A stretch of 63,266 nucleotides of DNA, the filler included, from Octopus bimaculoides (taxonomy: Eukaryota): the NCBI RefSeq assembly GCF_001194135.2. It is 10 parts of 7 records of this genome, joined end to end, with 100 filler letters (N's around TTAATTAATTAA, not from the genome) between each part and the next. Parts side by side here need not be neighbours in the genome. Positions count along the whole stretch, not along the records: positions 1 to 8,534 come from NC_068987.1; positions 8,635 to 10,915 come from NC_068982.1; positions 11,016 to 19,141 come from NC_068984.1; 7 more parts are not named here. One strand, written 5' to 3'. Shown piece after piece: positions 1-13,775 of this stretch; the stretch's first letter is position 1; every line of letters begins with the position of its first letter. Position numbers and translations under genes: made by a program. The notes beneath the pieces are model-generated. The model was given only the letters and a program-made list of their open reading frames with translations, ran no database searches and was not told the origin of the DNA.

Positions 1-3000
1 ATATATGCATGCCTATCTCGACAAAACTGAGGAGTTCGGGATTTGAAGATAAGAATTATTTATTTATCGCTTTTGTCCCTTTTAGGGATTAATCATGAAT
101 AACTATTTCTATAGAATATTCATACTTTGTATATATCTGTGAGCAGGTTAAAACAAATCTGGAGCTGAATATGTTTGGGTTTTGAAAAAGAGTGTTTTAG
201 GAATAGATATTGGATCTGTTCTTTTTCAGTTTGAATCTGTATGTCTGTGTGTATATATGTGTGTGTGTATGTGCTTATAAGTATGTGTGCGTATTGTGTT
301 TTAAACAAAGAAAACGAAAGGAAGAAAGAAGGAAAAGTGAAAGAAAGAAAGATTAAATTAATGAAACAAAGAAAAAAAGAATATTTTTCTGCGATGGCTG
401 AAATTGATGATAGGCCAAAAAGGTCAAACATTTTTAATCAATTCCAATAAAATTATTTCAGTTATTGCGCGACTGCCCTGTTCTTTTGTTTTTTGTAGTT
501 GTCATGTTGCCCAGCTGGAGAAAATAGAATCTATGGAATTATTTCGCTAGTCTTTTAAATGTGAATATGTGTATATTGAAGGGTACACATGTGTGAGAGT
601 ATTGCGTATACGCGCGCGTGTATGTGTATGTGAGTAGTGTGCTGTTTGTCAGCTGTTTAAGTGAATTTTTCCAGTTATTTTAGTAACAATAATGAAAAGA
701 GTTTGGTTGGTGAAAATCAACTCTCTTCCTCTTTTTCTATCTCTCTTCATTTCTTTCCTTTCCTTTGTTTAGAAACTCACAGCACACACATATATACACT
801 CACATACAGATTCATACACACACATATACAGAAGAACATCTCCAATAACCATTTCGAAGACACTCGCTTTCCAACCCCAAGATAACAAATTCAACTCCAG
901 ATCTTTTTTCAGCTAACACACATATATATGGCTATGTCAAGATGGATTTTTATGTATTCTTCTTCCCACTTAGATTTTAAATGTTGCCACAATAGTAATA
1001 TGTCCATTCTGCAGTAATTTTCTATATTTTTGTGCAGCTGAAGATTGCTCTGCATTTTGCATTTAATGTAATGCTCGCATTACTCAAATAAATGGAGAAG
1101 CATGAAACGTGCGTACTGCAATAACCTTTAAAATCCGTGTTGCCTTTTTTGATTTGATATACATACATACATACATACATACATACATACATGCATGCAT
1201 ACATGCATGCATGCATGCATATGTATAGTGTGGTGTACCGAAATTGAATATTGAGAAAAAAAGTTGTCAGAATTTTGGAAAAACAAATCTTTTTATTTCA
1301 TCATTATTATTAGTGATGCCGTTGGTTTCTTGAACTTGTCAAACAAAATTTTGTGAATGTACAAACATCTCGTTCATTTATATAAAACGGATGTTTTTTT
1401 TTTTTTTTGTGGGCGGGGTTTTTAGAAGAAGAGAACATTGTTTTTGTTTTTTGGGGTGAAATTCCATGACAATGGAGATAGATAGATAGAAGATAGACAG
1501 ATAGAGCCTCCTTCTCTGTCTCCCTCTCTCTACCTATCTATGTATCGGTTTCACTATCTATATAACTATCTATCCATCCATCTATCTATCTATTTATATA
1601 TCTATCAGCAACCTATATTACTATCTATCTTCATTGTCATGGAACCTCACCCCAAAAACAAAAACTATGTTCTCGTCTTCTAAACGAAAACCCCCAAAAA
1701 CATCTGTTTTATATAAAGGAACAACATGTTTCTACATTCACAAAATTTTATTCAAGTTCAAGAAATGAACGAAAGCGTTAATAATAATAATGAAATAAAA
1801 AGATTTTTTTCCAAAATTCTGACGACTTTTTTTCTCAACATATATATGTGTGTACGTCTGTATGCATGTATATATCTCTGTATATATGTATGCATGTATG
1901 TATTAATGTATGCATATATTCATGTATAAAGACATACATTCATACATATGTAAAAACTGTCAGACTTTCAGTTTGCATGTAAGAAAACTAAAATTATTTG
2001 TTGTAGAATTATCCAAATTACAATTTGCTCTTATTTCCCTGCTTTTTTTTATTTTTAATTCAGTCACATTTTACACGAAACGCCTCTCATCTATTCGTCC
2101 GGTGACTTGTGGATAAGTTCTGCAGCCGATAACCAATCAAATAATCGAACTGATACTACTCAGCATGTTATTTTTGTACTTAGCGAAATAACAAAATTCG
2201 CTTATACTAACACCTATACGTGCCTATGTATATAATTGCAAATATTGTGAGCAACGTTTATCAAAACTGAGAAGTTTATAGCTTCTGCAATATCACGTTT
2301 GTGAATAAAGCAATGCGTTTTGCCTAAACATTGTATATGCTCCATATTTTTATATTTCTGATGATGTCGGTGACTATTTTCATGCTATCTTGACATTTCT
2401 CCGCTGTTCTCCATTTATCATATCTATCTGCGGTTTTAACATAATTAAATACTAAATTATTTGAACTCCGAGCAATCTAGGACTGCATTACATCATTTAT
2501 TCATTCTCATTGCATTCAGTCTGTCATTCATGTTATAAAAACGAGGCCGTAGAAAGGTCTCGATCAAAAGAACTTGGTTCCAAATTAGTAAGAGATAATG
2601 GAATTGTAGTTTGTCCTGTTTCAAATAAGTAAATTAATGCTAGGCAGCCGAAATATTATGGCGACAACTAGGATTTCTTCGAATATGTATGTCTATGTAA
2701 TCTGATTTACCAAACGATGGAGATTCTGAAGGTGCGTTTACATTAAGCATAATTCATTCTTAAGCAAAATATTTACAGAAACTGTATTTCTTAGCCATTG
2801 AATTAGCTTGCACATTTTGCTCATAATAATCTCTAAACAAATAGACTTAAGTCGATAGTGATTAAATTTTAGAAAAATGTGTCAGAGGTTGCAAGTTGCT
2901 TTAAAGATATTAGTTACCATACATTTAATATCAAATTGGAATAAAATTTTTCCAAGATAATAATCCACATTGGAATATTTTTGGAACATATGAACCAAAA

Positions 3001-3225
3001 ATAATTATTATTCTATAAGCAAAAGCAATGCAAAATTATATTTTCCCAATTCTTCTGCCAATCACTAGAGACATTTCTCCAAAATTGTTACAAGGCTAAA
3101 TATTATCTTCCCGAGAAAGCGTACAGTAAGGACAACATAATTGCAGCACCATTCACCATATCAGCCTATCCAAAAAACGTTGGTGAAAATGTTAAAATGT
3201 TAGTGTACTAATATAAAATACTGTA

Positions 3226-3441
3226 AAGCGACGAGCTGGAAGAAACGTTAGCACGACGAGCGAAATGCATAGCGGTTTTTCGTCCGTCTTTACGTTCTGA
3301 ATTCAAATTCCGCCGAGGTCGAGTTTGCCCTTCATCAGTTTGTGGTTGATAAATTAAGTACCAGTTGTGTACTGGGGTCGAGCTAATCGACTGGCCCCCT
3401 CCCCCAAAATTTCGGGCCTTGTGCCTAGAGCAGAAAAGAAT
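3226..3441 (+). mobile_element. tRNA-derived SINE, family A
   Basis: Pol III A-box-like GCTGGAAGAAACGTTAG and B-box-like GAATTCAAATTCC. Homologous copies occur at 13.7, 16.4, 16.7, 34.5, 55.8 and 59.5 kb. Confidence 0.85.
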
Positions 3442-3819
3442 ATAAAATGCTGTGAAACAAAATTGGATATGGCTGTTACCTATGAATACACATCGAAGTA
3501 TTATATAGTTTAAGTCAAGTGAACATATTCGACCTTCCTGAATGCTACTTTTCGCAGAGAGGAATGTGGGGACAACCACAATGAACCCCAGCAAATCCAC
3601 CCAGATTTTGCCCTATAATTAAAATTTTGCCTCCCATTTCACGTCATAAACTACATATGTATTTTCGTGTGTGGATCGGAGTTAGCATTAAAAATCTATT
3701 TACATAATATGAAATATTCTATTAATTAAAACATTATGGACAAGTACATGTAAAGCACGGATAGATATTTTGCAATCTTTGTTTCATACTTTTCAAGAAA
3801 TATAACTAAACGTATACAT

Positions 3820-4072
3820 TCGGTCTCCCCAGTCGTAACTTTTCTTTTTAAACCAATCATATTATTCTACTTGCCACGATAGGAATCCGAGCGCCACGGT
3901 CTTTTGCCATATTCTCCCAGGTATTGTTATTCATACTCATGGCCTTCATGCCTCATTTGCACATATCCTTCAAACGGAGATGCGGTCGTCCGCACGCACG
4001 TCTGCCAGAGGCTGGCTCCCCATATAGTATATATTTCGGTAACCTGCCATCAGGCATCCGGAGACGGCTTTG
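3820..4072 (-). mobile_element. RTE-clade LINE, 3' end of ORF remnant
   Basis: Translates RMPDGRLPKYILYGEPASGRRACGRPHLRLKDMCK*GMKAMSMNNNTWENMAKDR, the typical RTE/BovB C-terminus (RMxDxRLPKxxLYGE...GRPxxRxKD). Confidence 0.85.
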
Positions 4073-4427
4073 CCGAAGTAGTGTGAAAGTAGTTAATAGC
4101 TCCTTTACTAACCTAAGGTCTAAGTTAACTGACAACAACGGATATTCAAGGGTAAGTTAATTGCCCTTAAACACAAAATGTAGTCGGACTTTGGAAAGCA
4201 TTATTGCTCAAACTTAAGACTACCGACAGCAATTTTGCATTAAACCCACAAGCAGTATATTGCAGCATGGAATATCGTATCATCAAAGTTGAAAAAGCTC
4301 ATCCTCACAATGATCTCGAATTATTTGTGAGAGGAGCCTGGAATATAACAAAGTAATTATGAAACTATTAAGGAGTGAGAACTGTGCAAGCATCTTTCTT
4401 AAAACGTACAATACGCGCACCACGAAT

Positions 4428-4600
4428 CAAACGTTTGACTCTGTCTCCCACCCATAGATACTGGAGTCACTACGCTCAACAAAGTTTCGACTGCTATAAT
4501 CGACGCCGTTAAGAGACTGACAACAACATGCTCCGAACTATTAACAGAAGCTGCTACAAGTGTCAATAACGAAATTAATGTCAAGAATGTTCCACACAGA
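4428..4600 (+). pseudogene. R4/Dong-like non-LTR RT fragment
   Basis: QTFDSVSHP*ILES resembles KAFDSVPHxWILE. It is followed by IIDAVKRLTTT, which matches NAIERLTTTW in the 48.9 kb copy. Confidence 0.5.
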
Positions 4601-5262
4601 AAAGTAATTGCCACATTCACATTTTTCTTGATGGGTTGTGCTCAAAAAATTCCCTCGTTACCAACAGACACCTAGAACCTGTCACAATATACACATGGGT
4701 CATAAGAATAAAGTTGATAAAGATAGGTATTCATATCTCGTAGTCAATTAATGGAAGACAGATGCTCACTGAAGAATGCTAAGCAATATGGATACGAATA
4801 ATATTGTTAGCTTGTCTATCACGACTGTCTCTAATGATAAATGCTAAAAGTAATTCAAAATGAGAATATTGCATACGTTGATGTTCTGAATAAATCTAGT
4901 GAAAACAGATTTTCATAAGCTTGGAAATCATTGCTGATGGTATCCAATAAAATCATATACGATATCGCTTTTGCAATGCAAGGATTATTACGAAATTTGA
5001 GATATTAGAATAGACACTTGGAGAGATCTGCGAATTCGACATCAAAACTGAAAATATTCTCAGTATGTATATTCGCAATACGAGTTTCAACCCACGGAGA
5101 TCTTGGGGCGAGAACGTCATCTAAAGATCGCAAGGAATTGAACCTCGAGATGCGACGTAAGTATTCAAATTCATTAAGCTGTATACTCTACAATTTGTAC
5201 TGACTACTCGTTTATAATTCAACCGAAGCATTTCAACGTCTCTCTCCATCTCTTTTTCTCTC

Positions 5263-5308
<46 letters not shown>

Positions 5309-6214
5309 NNNNNNNNNNNNNNNNNNNNNNNNNNNNNNNNNNNNNNNNNNNNNNNNNNNNNNNNNNNNNNNNNNNNNNNNNNNNNNNNNNNNNNNNNNNN
5401 NNNNNNNNNNNNNNNNNNNNNNNNNNNNNNNNNNNNNNNNNNNNNNNNNNNNNNNNNNNNNNNNNNNNNNNNNNNNNNNNNNNNNNNNNNNNNNNNNNNN
5501 NNNNNNNNNNNNNNNNNNNNNNNNNNNNNNNNNNNNNNNNNNNNNNNNNNNNNNNNNNNNNNNNNNNNNNNNNNNNNNNNNNNNNNNNNNNNNNNNNNNN
5601 NNNNNNNNNNNNNNNNNNNNNNNNNNNNNNNNNNNNNNNNNNNNNNNNNNNNNNNNNNNNNNNNNNNNNNNNNNNNNNNNNNNNNNNNNNNNNNNNNNNN
5701 NNNNNNNNNNNNNNNNNNNNNNNNNNNNNNNNNNNNNNNNNNNNNNNNNNNNNNNNNNNNNNNNNNNNNNNNNNNNNNNNNNNNNNNNNNNNNNNNNNNN
5801 NNNNNNNNNNNNNNNNNNNNNNNNNNNNNNNNNNNNNNNNNNNNNNNNNNNNNNNNNNNNNNNNNNNNNNNNNNNNNNNNNNNNNNNNNNNNNNNNNNNN
5901 NNNNNNNNNNNNNNNNNNNNNNNNNNNNNNNNNNNNNNNNNNNNNNNNNNNNNNNNNNNNNNNNNNNNNNNNNNNNNNNNNNNNNNNNNNNNNNNNNNNN
6001 NNNNNNNNNNNNNNNNNNNNNNNNNNNNNNNNNNNNNNNNNNNNNNNNNNNNNNNNNNNNNNNNNNNNNNNNNNNNNNNNNNNNNNNNNNNNNNNNNNNN
6101 NNNNNNNNNNNNNNNNNNNNNNNNNNNNNNNNNNNNNNATATATATATATATATATATATACTTACATATATATACATACATATATATATACATTAATAT
6201 ATATTTATATATGT

Positions 6215-6266
<52 letters not shown>

Positions 6267-7715
6267 ATGTGTGTGTGTGTGTGTGAGAGAGTAGTGTAGT
6301 ATATGTATACATGCAGTGTGTGTGTGCGTAAGTGTATGTGTGTGCGTAAGTGTATGTGTGTGAGTGTGATGGTGTAAGGCAGAATTTAATTCAAATGGAT
6401 CCCACAGGTACTTTTTTCTTAACTTAGCAAAATGAAAAAGGACGAAAGACAAAAGGCAGGATTTCAGATCAGAAAATAAACGTGACAATATCTCACTAAA
6501 TACTTTTATCTGACATTCTAATGAAAGAACTACACACTCCTAGTAATCTATAATACACTTAAAAGAAATCCAAGAATAATATATCCATAGAATTATCTGA
6601 TATTAAACGCATACTTTATTCTTTGCTTTTAGTATCATTCTTTGCTAATTTGACAAATGTTAAATTTGAATATTTCTTTTAAACGTGAGAGTTTTAGGAA
6701 ACTTCTTCAAGTTCACACTTACGTCTTAAATTTGCACATAACCCATCTGCATGGAAATTTATCACCATGTCTATCACAGCTAGCCAACATCGTTAGATAC
6801 ACATCTGCACACACACATATATCTACACATATGGATATAATATATCGATACACTATATATATATATATNNNNNNNNNNNNNNNNNNNNNNNNNNNNNNNN
6901 NNNNNNNNNNNNNNNNNNNNNNNNNNNNNNNNNNNNNNNNNNNNNNNNNNNNNNNNNNNNNNNNNNNNNNNNNNNNNNNNNNNNNNNNNNNNNNNNNNNN
7001 NNNNNNNNNNNNNNNNNNNNNNNNNNNNNNNNNNNNNNNNNNNNNNNNNNNNNNNNNNNNNNNNNNNNNNNNNNNNNNNNNNNNNNNNNNNNNNNNNNNN
7101 NNNNNNNNNNNNNNNNNNNNNNNNNNNNNNNNNNNNNNNNNNNNNNNNNNNNNNNNNNNNNNNNNNNNNNNNNNNNNNNNNNNNNNNNNNNNNNNNNNNN
7201 NNNNNNNNNNNNNNNNNNNNNNNNNNNNNNNNNNNNNNNNNNNNNNNNNNNNNNNNNNNNNNNNNNNNNNNNNNNNNNNNNNNNNNNNNNNNNNNNNNNN
7301 NNNNNNNNNNNNNNNNNNNNNNNNNNNNNNNNNNNNNNNNNNNNNNNNNNNNNNNNNNNNNNNNNNNNNNNNNNNNNNNNNNNNNNNNNNNNNNNNNNNN
7401 NNNNNNNNNNNNNNNNNNNNNNNNNNNNNNNNNNNNNNNNNNNNNNNNNNNNNNNNNNNNNNNNNNNNNNNNNNNNNNNNNNNNNNNNNNNNNNNNNNNN
7501 NNNNNNNNNNNNNNNNNNNNNNNNNNNNNNNNNNNNNNNNNNNNNNNNNNNNNNNNTTGAATTTTATGCAAAGAAATTTTTGTCCATCCTTCAGCTTAAA
7601 CTGTCTCCGTTTCTTGTAGTTATGATGGTGGAGAATATCGACTCCTTACTTGTTTTCTAAAATGCACCATAAATGTTGAATAATATTAAGATCTGGGGCC
7701 AGTGGTGGCCAGATA

Positions 7716-7781
<66 letters not shown>
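7716..7781. repeat. (GATA)n microsatellite
   Basis: Pure ATAG run. Similar runs lie near 24390-24450 and 33945-34010. Confidence 0.95.
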
Positions 7782-8341
7782 TCCCACATATGATGTACTA
7801 CCTTGGTTCCCCCTTTTTTTGATTCAGCAATTAACTCTCTCTAATTTAACAGAACCACAACATATTTATCTCCCCCTATTTAATTAATTCTCTAGTTTAA
7901 CCCTTTAGCATCACGTCAATAACACCCTCCCGTCATATCTCTATGTAAACAAGCGTTCTTACTCCTAAAGCCCATGGAATAATATCGTTGACCCCTTATT
8001 ATTTCTATGTAAACAAGCCTTCTAACAGTCACTGACCATGTAACATCTCTGCTCGCAAGTTACCCCATCATTTCGTTTTTGTCTTGCTAATACATGTTTT
8101 ATTATGAACTCCCTGAAGAGAAATAAATGAGGAACCCCCAACAGCTCTTTCTTCTTTGTGAAAGTGTTCTTATTTATTTCGAAACATGTGTAGGAATTAA
8201 CGGAAATTTTATAGACATGCGTTTTGCTCCATTTATTATTATCCATATATATATATATAATTTAATGATGAGGGTAGAAATTGATATTAAACAATTAAAA
8301 CCAGTGGCCTAGTATATTTTAAAAAATCCGAAGGTTAAAAT

Positions 8342-8495
8342 TATATTACATACAAAATTAAGAGGAATGACCACCAAAGTGGTGTCTTGCTGAAATGTTT
8401 TCTTGAGAACATACTCTTGGTGGTTAGGTGATTTGGTATCTATGTCTAGCATATAGGAGTCCACTTTTGGTGGTCATTCCTCTTAATTTTGTATG

Positions 8496-8502
<7 letters not shown>
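8342..8502. mobile_element. Hairpin MITE with ~41-bp terminal inverted repeats
   Basis: 8342-8382 TATATTACATACAAAATTAAGAGGAATGACCACCAAAGTGG is the reverse complement of 8461-8502 apart from one indel. The element is TA-flanked. Confidence 0.8.
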
Positions 8503-8534
<32 letters not shown>

Positions 8535-8578
8535 NNNNNNNNNNNNNNNNNNNNNNNNNNNNNNNNNNNNNNNNNNNN

Positions 8579-8590
8579 TTAATTAATTAA
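8579..8590. other. Assembly gap spacer (artefact)
   Basis: TTAATTAATTAA centred in ~100-bp N blocks, with stops in all six frames. It recurs at 10960, 19186, 24495, 36596, 42092, 45693, 56363 and 60660. Confidence 0.95.
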
Positions 8591-8634
8591 NNNNNNNNNN
8601 NNNNNNNNNNNNNNNNNNNNNNNNNNNNNNNNNN

Positions 8635-8690
<56 letters not shown>

Positions 8691-8808
8691 CTGAAAATAT
8701 TCAGAAGTCGAACACTCGTGTATAAACTTATAAATATTTATATATTCACAGAACAAAATTACATGGAGTTCAAAAAGTTCAAAAAACTTAGGGGGAGAGT
8801 ACATGTTA

Positions 8809-8956
8809 TTTCAAGCCTGACAGCTGTTTCCGGAATCTTGGAATTATGTAATATTTCCAAAGTAAGATGAGTAATGCAAAAATGTCAAGGATATTCAACC
8901 AGTAGTCGATGCATATAAACATTACAGTAAAGGCCACCTCCGTCTTGAGAGTGAAA
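8809..8956 (-). ncRNA. Degenerate hammerhead-like motif with long stem II insertion (family D)
   Basis: Minus strand reads TTTCACT-CTCAAGA-CGGA...104 nt...TCCG-GAAAC-AGCTGT-C-AGGCTTGAAA. Stem III region is the palindrome ACAGCTGT. G5 is changed to C. Confidence 0.45.
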
Positions 8957-9650
8957 AGATTGGCAACTAGTGGTTCAGATTGTAATTAGAGAAATTTTAA
9001 GAGTAGAATGGGTGAAGGACAATAGGAAGAGGGTGAAGGTAGTTCAGGAGGAGAGAGGTGTTGAAGTAGAGGAAAGGCAAGAAGGGATAGGAGAGAAGTA
9101 GCAGGGGTAGGGAGGGGTGAATTACCAAGGGATTGGAAGAAGCCAATTTAAAATTAGAAGTTTTAAGTCGAGAGATAAGTGGGAAGTCGTGGGATGGATA
9201 GTATTGTGAAGGGTTGCGTTGTTGTTGAGTGTGTTGACAACAAATGATATTAGACTGTGATGGTAGAAAATATAGAACTAGACGAAGAAGGGATGAATGA
9301 AGTAGGGAGTGGGGTTAAGATGACAGTGCCAAAATGGGTACTGAGAATAGGGGAATAGATAAGGTGAGATAAATGAGGGGTGGGTATTGAAATGAAGATA
9401 AGGCATCTAATTATAACTGCTGGCAGGTAGCCGATAGAGAAATTTGGAGAATGAGGCTCAGAGGGAGAATATTGAAGTAGGGAGAAAAGTATGAGACCAA
9501 ATAGCGAGTGGAAGACACGGAGGGAGAAATGAAGGCATAGGGTGGTAGCAATGGCAAGAGATAATTATTTCTAAGTGGTTTAGGTGAATATAAAGAAGGA
9601 GGAGGGGAAGAAATTTGACGGATAGTAGTAGGTGTTACATAGGAGATTGT
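8957..9650 (-). mobile_element. Probable PLE 3' UTR / pLTR remnant
   Basis: Strongly C/T-rich on the minus strand and directly upstream of the hammerhead-like motif. No coding evidence. Confidence 0.3.
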
Positions 9651-9658
9651 GTGAAGTG

Positions 9659-9722
<64 letters not shown>

Positions 9723-10624
9723 TAAATAGATTGATTGATAGATAGTAGATAGATATACATATGGGAGGCATAAGCGAGCGGGATATGTTACATGCACGCA
9801 TGCGTTGTAATTTAGGATTCAATCGTAATTAGGTTAATTATATATATTTAATGGGTAATCGATGAATAATATTTGTGTTTACATGAAAGGATTACATCTG
9901 AGAATGAATTGAGTAATGAGGGCTCGTGGTGACAAAAGATGACGAGCGATTCCTTTAAAAACAACTTTTTAAGATTTAATTTTAATTTTAGCTTTAAGTG
10001 ACCGCGAGACTTTCCTCTCCCTGCCTTATCTCATTTTCCCCTTCAAAGTTGAAATATATAACGAAACAAAAAGGGAAGATAATCGATCGTATTTAATTCT
10101 TAAACCGTTCAAACTAACCAAATTCGAGTTATCAATTTATGTTGTATTAGCGAGCCCAGAAAAGGGGTGAAATAGCGCTGGCTACAACTACTAAAACTAC
10201 ATGAATATCCAATAAATCGATCTTATAAACATATGGAGACACTGTATACTTTTACACTCAGAAGGAAAAGAAATCTCAAGATAAGGAAAAACAAGAGAGG
10301 AAATACAAACCCTGAAACTGTTATCTAGCCTTAAAGCGAATATTCACCTTCTCTCCCATCTCACAGTGTCACTCTCTTTCTCTCTGTATCTCACTCCATC
10401 TGTTACCCCGTAAGCAACTATAAGCAACAGCAGATGTAATACTCAGTCAAATAAGCAGCGAAATTTTTCTACTCGTAGGTGTACGATGAAAATTATTGTG
10501 TGTATATGTGTATGTTCCTTTACTTGCTTTTCGTAGTTATATATCTTTTGTGTATGAGGGAGCCCATGAGCTGTTATAGTTTTATATTTGTATGTATTCG
10601 TGTATGTATTCGTGTATGTATGTA

Positions 10625-10851
10625 TTGGGTTGTCCGGAAAGTTCATGCGGATTTTTAAAGGAAAGAAAAAGGTCAATAAATACTTGCCATTACATTTTTA
10701 ATCAACCAAATATGAACCATTTTGTTGCACAATGAATCTCAATCTTTCGTTTATTTTGAAAATACCCTCTTCCCAAAATTGAGGTGGTTTCATGGCAAAT
10801 AAGTCGAAAGGTAAGCTACTATAAATCGGCACGAACTTTCCGGACAACGTA

Positions 10852-10852
<1 letters not shown>
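10625..10852. mobile_element. Tc1/mariner-derived MITE
   Basis: TIRs TTGGGTTGTCCGGAAAGTTCATGC and GCACGAACTTTCCGGACAACGTAA (24 bp, 3 mismatches), with TA on both sides (10623-24 and 10853-54). Confidence 0.85.
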
Positions 10853-10882
<30 letters not shown>

Positions 10883-13629
10883 CATACATACATACATACA
10901 CACACTCATATATATNNNNNNNNNNNNNNNNNNNNNNNNNNNNNNNNNNNNNNNNNNNNTTAATTAATTAANNNNNNNNNNNNNNNNNNNNNNNNNNNNN
11001 NNNNNNNNNNNNNNNCCTCAGCTTTGTCAAAGGAGTGGCCTTGGATTACTCAGCGACAGCAATAAAAAACAACAAAAGCATCTGTAGCTGGGAAAGCATT
11101 TTGTGTATCAGTTGCAGACTTATCAGCGAAATATTTGCACATCGGCACCCCAAAATAAATATAATAATACTCTGTCTTAGTTATCCGCTCGAATCTCACA
11201 AGTATTATCGTGTCAGTCTCTGTTTAAAGTACAGTGAACCTGTGATTCGCCTGCAGAAACCTATAACCATACACAAAATGCATAATATAAAAATGTATCA
11301 TAAAAAAAAAAAAAACGCTTCAATATGTGGTTTATTGTTTCCAGCAACTCATTACGTTTTCTTAAGATTTCATTATCTCCGGTATTCTTCTATATGTCTC
11401 CCTATTTTTTTATATACAAAACGTATCAATGGCTTTCTTTTCTATTAACACATGCTTCCGTTATTTCTTTTCTGATTTCTTTTTACTTACAACTGATGTT
11501 GCATAACAGAATTCGAATATAGTTAATGATGTGTATAATACAATTCTGAGAAAGAGGATCGAGTATTTGTAGATCGAATAGCAGGCACTCAGTCGATGAG
11601 AAGTCGGTATTCTATATATTATCAATGGTGTTAAATTGTGCTCGTGGAAACGGAGTGGAATTCTCAGATGATCAAATCTATCACTAGTCCTGTAAATAGG
11701 GATTGCTGGATGGGAATAAATAGTCACGTTCAGCAATGGCGGTACTGTGAATTTGACAGGTCGTTCAATTGCCTGTAGTGTTGAGTTCAATGACACTATA
11801 AGGTATAATCTTTAAATAGACAAAGCCTAATCAACATAACTTGTTTTAGATAAACTCCACGGATATTAGACCTACAGCTGCACACCTTTGGCCGAATCTA
11901 ATATAAACACAACGAGAATTTTGCGGCAAGAAGACAGTTGGTTATAATAATGTCAGTACATGACTAAAACACATTTTGCCAATTGATAAAAATGCAGCAA
12001 AATGATGAAATATATCTTGTTTTCTGTGCTAATTCAGCAAACTCATTGCAATAATGAATGCGCACTGCTGTTGTAGATTACCACTGTTGCTATAACTATT
12101 TATATCAATATTCTTTTTCTATGATTTAATAATACTAGTTTAAATAATACTACAGTATTATTTATACTATTGCATTATTTTTGCTATATTGTATTCATCA
12201 ATGTTGAGGTCCTTTGCTGCAGTTTCAGTAATATGAGAAGTTTCTAACCTTTTGTTCCATCTTTTCGATATTTGAAAAACAAAAAAGATCGCTTAAATGT
12301 TGCCTATCACAGCCCCTTTCACAGCACAACGTAAGCAATTCTGAAGGATAAAGAAGTATCTCCAGTCCTTTACTTGTACTTTATTTACGGAACTCGAGAG
12401 AATGAGAAGCGTATCCGAACTTGAAGTAATTGAAACATATGTTTATAGAAAATGGGCAGTATGTCCTTCAATGAATCGTTGCTCTGGAGAGACCAAAAGA
12501 CCGATTAATTTAATTACAGTTTTTTTATAGGTATACGTTATGTCTTCAGTAAATTGGCTGAGGATTAGAGAATAAGTTGTGAAAAGAGAAAAAGTGGATG
12601 AGTCTTTAGGGTGTTGGACAGAATACGCTACTGTATTTGTTTCAAATCCCTGGTTTCTTTCAAATCCTGTCAAAGTTAAATGACCTTTCATCCTTTTGTG
12701 GGATTACCAGTCAAGTACTGGCCGATTCTATCTCTCTCACTGGCTCTCTCTCCCGCTCTTCCTCTCTTTCTCAGAATCGGTTAATAAGAAACATCCTTTC
12801 TCCATAAATCAAATGGGTTGAACGAGGTTCTACAAAACTCATTGCATACAAAAGATTATGTGCTTCTGGAATTGTCCTGGGATGGCCCGATATATAGTAC
12901 TGCACAGAACTAGTGAAGATGTTATTTTGCCCAGGTCAGCTCTAATCAAGTAGACATTTGATCAAAGGCACACCGATCATGATCTACTCATCTTTACTTT
13001 CATGATTTATCGCAGACTAGATAACACACTATGTCCCCCTTTATTGAAAATGTTAAGGTTTAGTTTGCCAGAGAAATTTCGTAATTATTGTTATCACTTA
13101 ATGTCTTCGTCACCAAATTGGGCTTCCTTGTAGATTTATTTAATCATGTACTCTGGTGTGTTAACTTCGACTGGCTCTACATAATAAAATAAAGAAGAAC
13201 AACGATGCAGTCAATTCCGATGATTTCACGGTATTCGTGTAAGTACCAATAATGTACCACGTTTAACGAAAATAATTCCAGATCTATGGAGAAACTTTAC
13301 TGTTGTATTGTGAAAACAAATCGATAATTAATCTAACAAAAATAAACATCCCATGATCAAATCCAAAATGTACATTTTCATTTAGTTTATAATTTTAGTT
13401 TTAATTAACCATAGTACTGCAATGTCTGATTCTATCTTCAGTTTTATTAATGACTAGCAAAAATACCAACACCAAATCGATATTGTAAACATATCGATTT
13501 CAGAAAGAGGTTCTCAACTTATTATCACGTGTTCTACAAGAAATAATCTCATGTTACACAATAATTAATCTCTTTTCAGAAAATCAGCAGAAGCTTTTAT
13601 AGAATAACAATATTAGTCTCAAAGTTTGC

Positions 13630-13775
13630 AACAAGGACAGCAATTTCGAGGAAGGAAGTAAGTCGATTACATCGGCCCCAGTGTCCAACTGGTACTTATT
13701 TTATCGACATCGAAAGGGGGAAAGGCGTAGTTAACCTCGGCGGAATTTGTACTAAGAACGTAAAATACTACTAAG
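13630..13775 (-). mobile_element. SINE family A, partial
   Basis: Reverse-complement homology to the body of 3226-3441 (AACTGGTACTTA, CCTCGGCGGAATTTG). Confidence 0.75.

Noticed and set aside
4230-4350. Tc1-like transposase tail (LNP...VEKAHPHNDLELFVRGAWN)
   Set aside because: The similarity is too short and degenerate to support, and no TIRs were found.
5121-7619. Long ORFs spanning N runs (also near 21.2-22.1, 26-27, 43.5-45.2, 49.9-50.7 and 61.3-62.3 kb)
   Set aside because: Their length comes from X residues in gaps, flanked by microsatellite translations. Only the flanks of 43544..45244 are meaningful (R4 LINE).
8579-8590. Recurrent palindrome TTAATTAATTAA
   Set aside because: It is always centred in N blocks, so it is a scaffolding spacer and not genomic sequence.
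11620-11780. C-type-lectin-like DCWMGIN...QQWRY on the plus strand
   Set aside because: It is bounded by stops, has no convincing splice sites, and the resemblance covers only a few residues.
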